Assembly: GCA_021796335.1 (NCBI GenBank)
Contig: JAJYHZ010000001.1
Span: forward strand, 219,454-283,453
Direction of reading: 5' to 3'
DNA from: a bacterium
GTDB taxonomy: Bacteria > Patescibacteriota > Minisyncoccia > UBA6257 > UBA9933
DNA length: 64,000 nt
This document shows, in pieces, positions 1 to 8,416 of the stretch (positions are counted from its first letter, which is position 1; every line of letters begins with the position of its first letter). The translations under genes were made by a program, and so were the position numbers. The notes under the pieces were generated by a model. That model saw only the letters and a list, made by a program, of their open reading frames with translations, was not told where the DNA came from and did not search any database.

Positions 1-457
1 ACGTCTGCAAGTTATAATCGCGATAAATCGACTGAGAAGTTTTTATATCAAGCACTCCAAACTTTCCATCTATTAAAGCAAGCGCATCTAAAGTTCCTGC
101 GTATCTTTCATCGTAATTTACAAGCTGCTTTTCAACCCATTCCGGATCGACATGGATATTTTTTTCTTCGGCGAATTTTGCATATGCTTCCACTGACGGG
201 CGAATGGACGGATCGATTTCCGGAACTTCTCCGACCATAATTTTTTCAACTGCTTCATGAATCATTGTCCCTTCGGAAGCGGAGTTCTTTTTAACATCTT
301 CGCCTTCTTCAAAACTTCCCAATTCGGCATAATAGCGGTATAAAGCAGGCTTGGATTTAATCTCGACGATTTTGGTCACGCGAGGAAACCAAATACTACC
401 GTTATTGATATTATAACCAGCCAAACTTTTAAAATGTTCTAAATTGGAATAATACAT
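1..457 (-). CDS. PD-(D/E)XK nuclease family protein (Cas4/RecB-like), 3'-truncated by window edge
   Basis: Reverse-strand translation from the ATG at 457 reads MYYSNLEHFKSLAGYNINNGSIWFPRV...GTLDALALIDGKFGVLDIKTSQSIYRDY. The D-x(n)-D-I-K-T-x(n)-Y signature is typical of PD-(D/E)XK nucleases. It was not in the ORF track because it runs off the window edge. The start codon is uncertain. Confidence 0.5.
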   Translation of the reverse strand, partial: MYYSNLEHFKSLAGYNINNGSIWFPRVTKIVEIKSKPALYRYYAELGSFEEGEDVKKNSASEGTMIHEAVEKIMVGEVPEIDPSIRPSVEAYAKFAEEKNIHVDPEWVEKQLVNYDERYAGTLDALALIDGKFGVLDIKTSQSIYRDYNLQT

Positions 458-620
458 AAACTTTAAAATAAAATATATCCAAATATAACAGAATTTTAAG
501 GAAAATTTAATAGCTAAAAAAATAAAATAAAAAGAACTGTACCGAAATGAGAGGGAATAGCTCTTTTTTATTTTACTGTATGTCGCAAAATGAATGTTTT
601 ACGACATATAATAATTTCAA

Positions 621-809
621 TCACAGTTTAGAGATAACCATCTGGATAAGACTGATAAAAAATTGCAGTATTTTTATTAAAACCGCTGCCAAATCTTTTA
701 TAATCTGCGTTAAATCTAATTTAACAAACAAACTTAAAATCCATTTTACAATTTCTCCGATGATCGCCAAAATCTGCTGGATTATTTCGTTTACGGGCAA
801 ATTATTCAT
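621..809 (-). CDS. small hydrophobic/amphipathic hypothetical protein (62 aa)
   Basis: ORF in the gap between the nuclease start and the gltX stop. The product is helical and hydrophobic. No Shine-Dalgarno site is visible. Confidence 0.25.
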   Translation of the reverse strand: MNNLPVNEIIQQILAIIGEIVKWILSLFVKLDLTQIIKDLAAVLIKILQFFISLIQMVISKL

Positions 810-827
810 TTTAAATTTAATTATAAA

Positions 828-2279
828 CTATAATTTATCAATCGCAATTCCAATACGTCTTATTGATTCTTCTCTACCAAGAATTTCTAAAAGTTCAAAC
901 GGACCGGAAGAAGTGGTTTTACCGCTTAGAGCCGCCCGCAGAGGAAAAAGTAATTCCCCTCTGCCCCATATTTCGGTTAAAGGCATCAGGATTCCCTCAA
1001 TGAATTCTTTCTTAAAACCGTCCGGAATTTTTTCCAATTCCTTCAAAATCAGGTTTAAATGTTCTTTTGTTTTTTGCTCCGAAGTTTCGTTCCAAATCAG
1101 AATTCTTTTGTCATAGTCCGGCAATTCAAAAAATATCTCTGCTTTTTCCTTAAACTCCGACAGTTTTTTAATTCTTGATTTTTCCACGAAAATTATTTTC
1201 AACAGCAATTCCTTATTGCTTTTCCACTCGTTGGGAATGTATTCAAAAAGATCATCTAATAAATCTTCCGGACTCATTTTTTTAATGTGCTGCGCATTTA
1301 GCCATTCTAATTTTTCCAGATTAAAAATCGCGCCGGATTTTTGAACCCTGTTAATGCCGAATTCTTTTATTAATTCTTCAGGTGATAAAATTTCCAGGTC
1401 GCCTTTCGGATGCCAGCCCAAAAACGCCATGAAATTAATTAAGGCTTCCGGCAAATATCCTTGTTTTCGAAAATCGTTCAGGGAAGTTTCAACAAATCTC
1501 TTCGACAACTTACTCCTGTCAGGCGCCAAAATCAACGGCAAATGCGCGTATTCGACACTGTTAAGGCCCAGGGCTTTTTGAAGCGCGATTTGTTTTGGAG
1601 TATTCGAAATATGATCTTCTCCGCGAATAACATGCGTTATTCTCATTTCATAATCGTCTATAACCCCCGCCAAAGCGTATAAAGGAGATTTTAAATTTCG
1701 GGCAATAACGATATCTCCGATTAAAGACATATCCATAGAAACTTTCCCTCTGATTAAATCTTCAAATTCGATTTTTTCTTCCGGCATTTTAAAGCGAATT
1801 ACCGCTGTTTCCCCTCCTCCCTCAAGTAAACGCTTATTTACTTCTTCCTCGGATAAATTACGGCATTTACCGTTATATTTCGGAACCAATCCCTGGCTTA
1901 CCATGGCTTCACGGTCCTTCTCAAGTTCCTCGCGCGAACAAAAACAATAATAAGCCTTCTTCTCATCCAAAAGTCGTTTTAAATACTTATCATACAATTC
2001 CGTCCGTTCAGATTGCCTATACGGACCAAAATCGCCTCCCCTGTCCGGACCCTCATCCCAATCCAGCCCCAGCCATTTTAAGCCGCTTACTATATCATCC
2101 TCGTATTCCTTTTTAGAACGTTCTATATCCGTATCTTCTATTCTCAAAATAAAATCACCTCCCTGATTTCGTGTAAAAAGCCAGTTAAAAAGAGCTGTTC
2201 TTGCTGTTCCGAAGTGAAGCAGTCCGGTTGGCGAAGGCGCCATCCTGACTCTTATTTTCTTTTTCTCGTTTTTATCCAT
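828..2279 (-). CDS. gltX: glutamate--tRNA ligase (class I GluRS)
   Basis: APSPTGLLHFGTARTALFNWLF (HIGH region), VIRGEDHISNTPKQ and KLSKR (KMSKS-like) motifs. 483 aa. Confidence 0.9.
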   Translation of the reverse strand: MDKNEKKKIRVRMAPSPTGLLHFGTARTALFNWLFTRNQGGDFILRIEDTDIERSKKEYEDDIVSGLKWLGLDWDEGPDRGGDFGPYRQSERTELYDKYLKRLLDEKKAYYCFCSREELEKDREAMVSQGLVPKYNGKCRNLSEEEVNKRLLEGGGETAVIRFKMPEEKIEFEDLIRGKVSMDMSLIGDIVIARNLKSPLYALAGVIDDYEMRITHVIRGEDHISNTPKQIALQKALGLNSVEYAHLPLILAPDRSKLSKRFVETSLNDFRKQGYLPEALINFMAFLGWHPKGDLEILSPEELIKEFGINRVQKSGAIFNLEKLEWLNAQHIKKMSPEDLLDDLFEYIPNEWKSNKELLLKIIFVEKSRIKKLSEFKEKAEIFFELPDYDKRILIWNETSEQKTKEHLNLILKELEKIPDGFKKEFIEGILMPLTEIWGRGELLFPLRAALSGKTTSSGPFELLEILGREESIRRIGIAIDKL

Positions 2280-2357
2280 TTACGCATTCTACCATAAATT
2301 AGCCAAATTTTCTATAAAATGGTAAAATTATATTAGTTATTAAAACATTTAGGAGGT

Positions 2358-2783
2358 ATGCTGAAAGTGAAGAAAAAAACTCTCAGTTATTATAAAAAAC
2401 ACACCTTCTCTGAGATCGAACTGAAAATCCAAATCTTTAAGTCCCTTTTGGCTGGCGCAAAACTGCTCTCTGCAGCCTCGGAAATTTTAAAGGAACAAAT
2501 AAGGAAATTTATAAGGCGGCATGGCATCCTGGACACCAAAACAGGCGTTAAAACCTGGAAAGGCGAAAAAGAAGGAGCGCAAATTCAGCCGGCTCTTCAA
2601 TACGTAACCGATCCTTATCTGCTTATTGAATTGATAAGCCTTGATGCGACTTTGCCATTTATTAAAATTGATTATGGTAAACTGGAAAAAGCCGTAAAAA
2701 ATAAAAAAATCCAGCTCACAAGAAAACAGCTCAAAAGCATCACAAAAATCACTTTTGGGAAAGAAAAAGTTTTTCCTTTATAA
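2358..2783 (+). CDS. hypothetical protein (141 aa)
   Basis: A strong Shine-Dalgarno site (taGGAGGt) lies 4 nt upstream of the ATG. It is followed by an intrinsic terminator. It is the only convincing plus-strand gene in the first 25 kb. Confidence 0.55.
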   Translation: MLKVKKKTLSYYKKHTFSEIELKIQIFKSLLAGAKLLSAASEILKEQIRKFIRRHGILDTKTGVKTWKGEKEGAQIQPALQYVTDPYLLIELISLDATLPFIKIDYGKLEKAVKNKKIQLTRKQLKSITKITFGKEKVFPL

Positions 2784-2803
2784 AATTTAAGAAATATACT
2801 CCC

Positions 2804-2835
2804 CCGCACTTCCTTTGGTTGTGCGGATTTTTTTC
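2804..2835 (+). terminator. rho-independent terminator (ccgcac-N11-gtgcgg + T7)
   Basis: Hairpin CCGCAC/GTGCGG followed by atttttttc, directly after the 2358..2783 ORF. Confidence 0.5.
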
Positions 2836-2915
2836 ATACTTAACAAAATAAATTACATTAGAAAATATCTTTTAATTTTGAAAGGATTTTTAAACTCATT
2901 TGTCTATTATTCAGA

Positions 2916-4136
2916 TTATATTACAAATCGGCCATTTCTATAAATAATTTTCTTATTCCCGTTTCTTAAAAAAGCCGTCACTGTCCGATTTGTCGTGGAG
3001 ACGATATCCTCATGTATCGCGGAATCATTAAAGCCCAATTTTTCCCAACTTTCTTTTTTCATCTTTTTCAAATCTCCTTTATAGCAATCATGGAACGACT
3101 TTCCAATCGCAATATGCATATTTCCATACGGCCCGCTTATATTCTCATCATATAAAGTCTCTGCCATAAATTTCGTGATCCTTGAAAATCGCTTGTCGGT
3201 TAAAGAAAATTCTCCGATTTTATTTCCGCCCCTTGTTTTAACTAACTCTTTCAATAATTTTTCATTTTTTTTCGCCTTAGCTCTTATAATCTGCCCGTTT
3301 TTAAATTCCAATTCAATTCCGGAAATAACGTTTCCGAAACTGTATAAGGGCTGATTAAATTTTATCCATCCGCTTGTCCCTCGCCAATCAGGAGACGTAA
3401 AGATCTCAAAACTCGGCATATTGGATCCCGCTCCGCCCTTCCATCTGCGATTCTCTCCTAATTTTATCCATAAATTAACATCCGGTCCTGTAATATTGAA
3501 CTTGTCAGCTTGTAAATTATTTAATTTCTTTATATATTCCTGGATTTTGTGAAAAATAATTTTCCATTCTTTATTCGGATCGGGTTTGTCCAAATAGCAG
3601 GCTTTTATTATCTGATTCCAATATTCGTTTTGACTTAAATTTGCCTCTTTTGCCATTGCTTCAGTGCCGTAAAGTCCTATTATCCAACTGAGCTTGCCGT
3701 TATTTTCTTTTTCGTCTCGCCAATCGTTATAAGACTTAAAAGCAAGGCCGCGTTTCATCAGTTTTTTTGGATCAATCTCTTTTAAAGATTGTTTGTCGGT
3801 TTCACTGTCAATAAAAAGCATATGATCGATTTGATCGACCAATCCCCTGTAAAATTTACTCGGGAAAAAGCTTAAGTGATGATCCTGCGCCAGCAAATAA
3901 AAATCTTTGTCCAAATTATATTTGCCCGGCTCATTATCCGGATGATAACTTGAAATTATATGGCCTCCGGATCTTAAAATCGCTTTTCTCGCTTCAACCA
4001 TCAACGGCTTTGCGCTTTCGCCGCTAACCAGATAAACAACGTCTCCCTTTTTAATCCCTTTTCCGTTCCCTAAAGCAAAATTCACCAATAAATCCGCATA
4101 TTTTTCTAAAACTTTTTGAGGCGGCTGATATGTCAT
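2916..4136 (-). CDS. aminopeptidase, M29 (AmpS/PepS/aminopeptidase T) family
   Basis: 406 aa. GNMHIAIG and FEIFTSPDWRG-type motifs and overall layout typical of thermophilic metalloprotease family M29. Confidence 0.7.
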   Translation of the reverse strand: MTYQPPQKVLEKYADLLVNFALGNGKGIKKGDVVYLVSGESAKPLMVEARKAILRSGGHIISSYHPDNEPGKYNLDKDFYLLAQDHHLSFFPSKFYRGLVDQIDHMLFIDSETDKQSLKEIDPKKLMKRGLAFKSYNDWRDEKENNGKLSWIIGLYGTEAMAKEANLSQNEYWNQIIKACYLDKPDPNKEWKIIFHKIQEYIKKLNNLQADKFNITGPDVNLWIKLGENRRWKGGAGSNMPSFEIFTSPDWRGTSGWIKFNQPLYSFGNVISGIELEFKNGQIIRAKAKKNEKLLKELVKTRGGNKIGEFSLTDKRFSRITKFMAETLYDENISGPYGNMHIAIGKSFHDCYKGDLKKMKKESWEKLGFNDSAIHEDIVSTTNRTVTAFLRNGNKKIIYRNGRFVI

Positions 4137-5305
4137 AAATTACCCAATCTTATTATCTCTTCCGCAATAGTCTGGGCGGCCTGAGGTTTGGAAAAATTTT
4201 TAGCCGCAAGAGACATCAATTTCAACAATTCCGGATTTTGGAATAATCTATTTATTTGATCTATGAATAAATGCGGTTTTAAATTTTCATCCTCAATAAC
4301 GATAGCCGCTCCCTTATCGGCATATTCGTAAGCGTTTTTAATTTGATGCTCGCCCGCAATCTCTTTTGATAAGGGCAATAAAATCGCCGGCTTACCCGCC
4401 GCGGCAACTTCAAAGATTGATCCGCTCCCCGCTCTTGATACAATCAGATCCGCGGCCGCATAAGCGTCCTTAATGTCGTCATTGAAATACGCCGCGATCC
4501 TAAAGGCGAATTTCAAATCATCGGGCAGGGTGTCGGCCGTTAATTTCCATTCCGATTTTATCTCGTCGAAGTTATTTATCCCGGTTTGCAATAAAATCTG
4601 TAATCCTCCGCTGACCAGCTCCTTTCCGATATTCACAAAAAAATCATTAATCCGCATAGCTCCTTGAGATCCGCCCAAAACCAGAATAAGCGGTTTTTCC
4701 GGATTGAATTCAAAAATTTTTTTTGCAACTTGCCTGTTAATGTCACCTTCTTTCAGTAAAAAATTTCTTATCGGATTTCCGACTAAAGCTATCTTTGCCA
4801 AAACATCGCCTTTATCTTGTTCTTTTTCGTAATGATCCGCAAAAGATTCCGCCGTTTTTTCAAATCCTATCGCAATCCGATCCGCATATTTGCTGGAAAA
4901 AAGGTTGGAAAAACCGGCGATTGAATCGGATTCATGGATTATTATGGGAATGCGATAAAATTTGCATGCCAGAACGACGGGTACCGAACCTGTTCCGCCT
5001 TTTGAAAATAAAACGTCCGGCATTATCCAAAAAACTTTCCAAAATGCCTGAATAATACCTAATAATAATCTGGGTAATGTAAAAATATTTCGGATATCGG
5101 AATACCTTCTGCGCTTCGCCGAAATCAATTTCGAAATCCGCACTCCATTGCTTACTAAAACAAATTCAAAATTTCCCGGACATCCCAAATAAATAATTTC
5201 CATCGGAATTCTTTTTTGATCGGAAATAATTTTTAATTGTTCGGCGACGGAAATCAAAGGATAAATATGGCCGCCGGAATCTCCTCCTGTCAATAAAATC
5301 CTCAT
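4133..5305 (-). CDS. murG: undecaprenyldiphospho-muramoylpentapeptide beta-N-acetylglucosaminyltransferase
   Basis: MRILLTGGDSGGHIYP N-terminus, GGSQGA motif, 390 aa. Adjacent to ftsW. Confidence 0.85.
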   Translation of the reverse strand: MRILLTGGDSGGHIYPLISVAEQLKIISDQKRIPMEIIYLGCPGNFEFVLVSNGVRISKLISAKRRRYSDIRNIFTLPRLLLGIIQAFWKVFWIMPDVLFSKGGTGSVPVVLACKFYRIPIIIHESDSIAGFSNLFSSKYADRIAIGFEKTAESFADHYEKEQDKGDVLAKIALVGNPIRNFLLKEGDINRQVAKKIFEFNPEKPLILVLGGSQGAMRINDFFVNIGKELVSGGLQILLQTGINNFDEIKSEWKLTADTLPDDLKFAFRIAAYFNDDIKDAYAAADLIVSRAGSGSIFEVAAAGKPAILLPLSKEIAGEHQIKNAYEYADKGAAIVIEDENLKPHLFIDQINRLFQNPELLKLMSLAAKNFSKPQAAQTIAEEIIRLGNL

Positions 5306-5348
5306 AAAAAACTTATGCTTTAATTTATGATTTTTAATTTATAGTCTC

Positions 5349-6470
5349 CTAATTATATCTTGATATATTAGCAATGATTCCCATCATGGTCAAAAAAATG
5401 GCGAGAGCCGTTCCTCCATAGCTTACGAAAGGCAGCGGTACTCCCGTTAGCGGTAAAATTCCCGAAATCGCTCCTATATTTATGAACGCCTGAAGCGCAA
5501 CAATGGAAATAAACCCGATCACGATTAGCCGTCCAAACTGATCCCTGCAATTCATGGCAATCTTAAAGCCCCTGATAAAAATTAGGGCAAACAGAGTTAT
5601 TAAAAATATAGCGCCCAAAAAACCCAATTCTTCCGCTATTACGGCAAAAATTGAATCGCCGAACGGTTCCGGTAAAAATTTATATTTCGCCGTTGCTTGA
5701 CCGTATCCCACCCCCGTCAACCCGCCGGAACCGATTGCAATCAAAGCTTGATTCCTTTGATAACCGCTTCCTTGAATATCCGCTTTATTGTGATTAATAT
5801 AATCGATCACGCGCTGATAACGGTAGGGAGTTATTGAAATGACCGCTCCAATCGCGACCACACCCAGTAAAATTATTCCGGCGATATATTTCAATTTTGC
5901 CCCGCTTACGAAATAAATAACCAAACTCGAAACCAGAATAATCGCTATTGTCGTAGTTGCCGGCTGTAAAATAACCAAAACAGAAATAAAACCGAGCAAA
6001 ATCAAAAGCGGCAGCAAACCTTCGTTAAAACTGGATTGTCGGTTCGCTTTTTTACTGGAGAGCCAAGCCGCCAAATAAATTATAAAATTCAATTTTAAAA
6101 GTTCCGCCGGCTGAACCGAAAGCGGCCCCAAATTAATCCACCGTGTGGCGCCGCCGGCATGCATGCCCAACGGAGTAAATACTAAAATTAAAGCGATAAT
6201 GCTGATAATCAAAAGATATGGCGCCGCCGTTTTCCATTTTTTATAAGGTATGAAATATCCCGCTAAAAATCCCGCTATTCCCAAACTTAAGCCATAGAGG
6301 ATTTGATGTTTAAGATAATAGAAAGTGTCGTTAAAATGAATTTTTCCCAAATCGGAAGAGGCGCTTGAAAGCATTGCCAACCCGAAAATCACCAGGATAA
6401 AAACCGTGGTGATAAAAACATAATCGGGAGATCCGCCTTTCTTTCTTAAAGTTTTTAAAAATCTAAACAT
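5349..6470 (-). CDS. ftsW: SEDS family peptidoglycan glycosyltransferase FtsW/RodA
   Basis: Polytopic membrane protein with a LPEPFGDSIFAVIAEELGFLGA motif. 373 aa. Confidence 0.85.
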   Translation of the reverse strand: MFRFLKTLRKKGGSPDYVFITTVFILVIFGLAMLSSASSDLGKIHFNDTFYYLKHQILYGLSLGIAGFLAGYFIPYKKWKTAAPYLLIISIIALILVFTPLGMHAGGATRWINLGPLSVQPAELLKLNFIIYLAAWLSSKKANRQSSFNEGLLPLLILLGFISVLVILQPATTTIAIILVSSLVIYFVSGAKLKYIAGIILLGVVAIGAVISITPYRYQRVIDYINHNKADIQGSGYQRNQALIAIGSGGLTGVGYGQATAKYKFLPEPFGDSIFAVIAEELGFLGAIFLITLFALIFIRGFKIAMNCRDQFGRLIVIGFISIVALQAFINIGAISGILPLTGVPLPFVSYGGTALAIFLTMMGIIANISRYN

Positions 6471-7989
6471 GCGAATGCTTTAGAATTTTTCCGGCATTTA
6501 CAGCCGTTAATTCTCCGTTTCTTAAAGTAATTTGTCCGTTTACAATGACGGTTTCTATTTTCCCGTCCCTAATCAAAACCAAATCGGCGCAATATCCTTC
6601 TTTTATTACTCCCCTATTCTTCAAACCCAGTCTGCTTGCCGGCAAACTGGTTATTTTTTTAATCGCTTTTTCTGCCGGCAAAATCTTATCTTTAAAAACC
6701 AGATTAAGATAATTTAAAAAAGTGCCGATTCCCGAGTCCGACGGATTTCGATTGTCAAAATCCTGGCCGGAAGAAGAAATAATCGACCGATCATTGACTA
6801 AAGCCAAAGGTATCCGCTTTAGCGAAAGATTCCTAAAATTAACGACAACCTTTAATTTTGTCTGCCTTAAAAGTTCCAATAAGCCTTCTTTGGAATCCAA
6901 TTCCGTATTTTGTATGAATTCCTTTAAAGTCTTTCCTTCCAAATGCCTGAATTCGGGAACTCTGAAAATAACAATTTCTTCAGTCTTCAAAATCGGCATA
7001 TCTTTTTTTATTTTTTTCCGGATTTCAGAATCATTTATATTTTTTAAAATCTCGTTGAATCCGCCCCGCAAAGCCCAGCCCGGAAGAAAATAAAAAGCCG
7101 GAATTATCGTTTCGTCTGAAAGATGGAAATTAAAAAAAACGTCAGCAGAAGCGGAATTCTCGTTTATCGAATCCAAAGCAGATTCATAATCTCTTTCTAA
7201 ACCTTTCGGACAGGAAAAATTGTTTATCTGCGTTTTTGCCATCGTTTCTTTCGCTAAATTTATAATTTCGTTTACCGCCGGCAAAAAATTTTCTTTTAAT
7301 GTTTTTGCCGGCAAAACGGCATCGGAGCCGTTGCGCAACTTAAAACTTATCAAACCTCTGTGTTTTGCTGCCGCCTCGAAAAATAATTTAATTTCTTTTG
7401 TCGATGTCAATGCGGTTAGCGGAAAATTCAAATCGAAGGAAATTCCAAAAGCGCCTTCTTTCATTGACCGATCCAAAATCAGCCTGAATACGTCGATTTC
7501 TTTAACAGTCAAATCTCTGAAATCATCGCCGATTATTTCTTCTTTCACGGTTGAATGACCGATAAAAGTCCCGAAATTAACGCCCAGTTTTTTGGTTTTC
7601 ATGAAATCAAGGAATTCTCCGACGGAATGCCAATCGGTGTTAAATTTAAAATGTTCGGCCCAAAATCTATGTAAATCCGGTTTTCCGTACAAAAGTGGTG
7701 CAAGCGAAATTCCGCTTTGACCGCCGATAATCGTAGTCACGCCCTGCTTGATAAAATTCTCTTGTGAGGGTTTCGAAAATAACCCTAGATAGAGGTCGGA
7801 ATAGGTGTTTATATCGATAAATCCCGGCGCCAAATATGCGCTTCCCAACCCGTCGAAAATTTCATCTGCTTTATATTGCGGAAAAGAACCGACAGCCGCG
7901 ATTTTGTCGTGTTTTATCAAAACATCAGCCCTTGTTGCGGGCTGATTCGTGCCGTTTAAAAGCAAAATATTTTTAATTAGAATGGACAT
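6463..7989 (-). CDS. amidohydrolase family protein (D-aminoacylase/dihydroorotase-like fold)
   Basis: N-terminus IKNILLLNG...ADVLIKHDKIAAVG and C-terminus LVLIRDGKIETV are typical of the metal-dependent amidohydrolase superfamily. Overlaps ftsW by 8 bp. Confidence 0.6.
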   Translation of the reverse strand: MSILIKNILLLNGTNQPATRADVLIKHDKIAAVGSFPQYKADEIFDGLGSAYLAPGFIDINTYSDLYLGLFSKPSQENFIKQGVTTIIGGQSGISLAPLLYGKPDLHRFWAEHFKFNTDWHSVGEFLDFMKTKKLGVNFGTFIGHSTVKEEIIGDDFRDLTVKEIDVFRLILDRSMKEGAFGISFDLNFPLTALTSTKEIKLFFEAAAKHRGLISFKLRNGSDAVLPAKTLKENFLPAVNEIINLAKETMAKTQINNFSCPKGLERDYESALDSINENSASADVFFNFHLSDETIIPAFYFLPGWALRGGFNEILKNINDSEIRKKIKKDMPILKTEEIVIFRVPEFRHLEGKTLKEFIQNTELDSKEGLLELLRQTKLKVVVNFRNLSLKRIPLALVNDRSIISSSGQDFDNRNPSDSGIGTFLNYLNLVFKDKILPAEKAIKKITSLPASRLGLKNRGVIKEGYCADLVLIRDGKIETVIVNGQITLRNGELTAVNAGKILKHSHV

Positions 7990-8228
7990 TTAAAGAAAAT
8001 CAATTCTTTATGAAATTAATATTTATTTTAGAATTTTTTTATTAAAAACAAAAGGGCCTGCTCTGATTAATGCGATAATATGAATACCAGCGCATTCTTC
8101 TAAAAATATCGTTTATATTTGAAACGCAGTTGGAAGATCATATCTTCAATTCCTTTTAAACGAAGAAGTTTAAGCGAAATTTTATTTCGGTATCCCGCCA
8201 AAAAATAGAGTCATTTCAAAATAGGTAA

Positions 8229-8266
8229 AAATTCGCTTTAAAAATTAAAAAACCCCGCCAATTAAA
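8229..8266 (-). terminator. rho-independent terminator downstream of the LamG-domain gene
   Basis: Minus-strand RNA reads aaaacccugc-loop-gcgggguuuu followed by uuaauuuuu. The stem is 10 bp with one G-U pair. Confidence 0.45.
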
Positions 8267-8416
8267 GCAGGGTTTTTAATTAATTTCATCGTTTTCTCTC
8301 CTGAGTCTCGTCGGGAGTTATCTGACGGAATATCCTTCCATCCCCTTTTCTTAATAATCTGTATATCACTCTCATATGCATCGAAACTTAATCACTCGGA
8401 TCTCGGGACGGACCGC

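Noticed and set aside
547-1116. 189-aa plus-strand ORF
   Set aside because: It is entirely antisense to the well-supported gltX gene. It has a low-complexity composition and no Shine-Dalgarno site.
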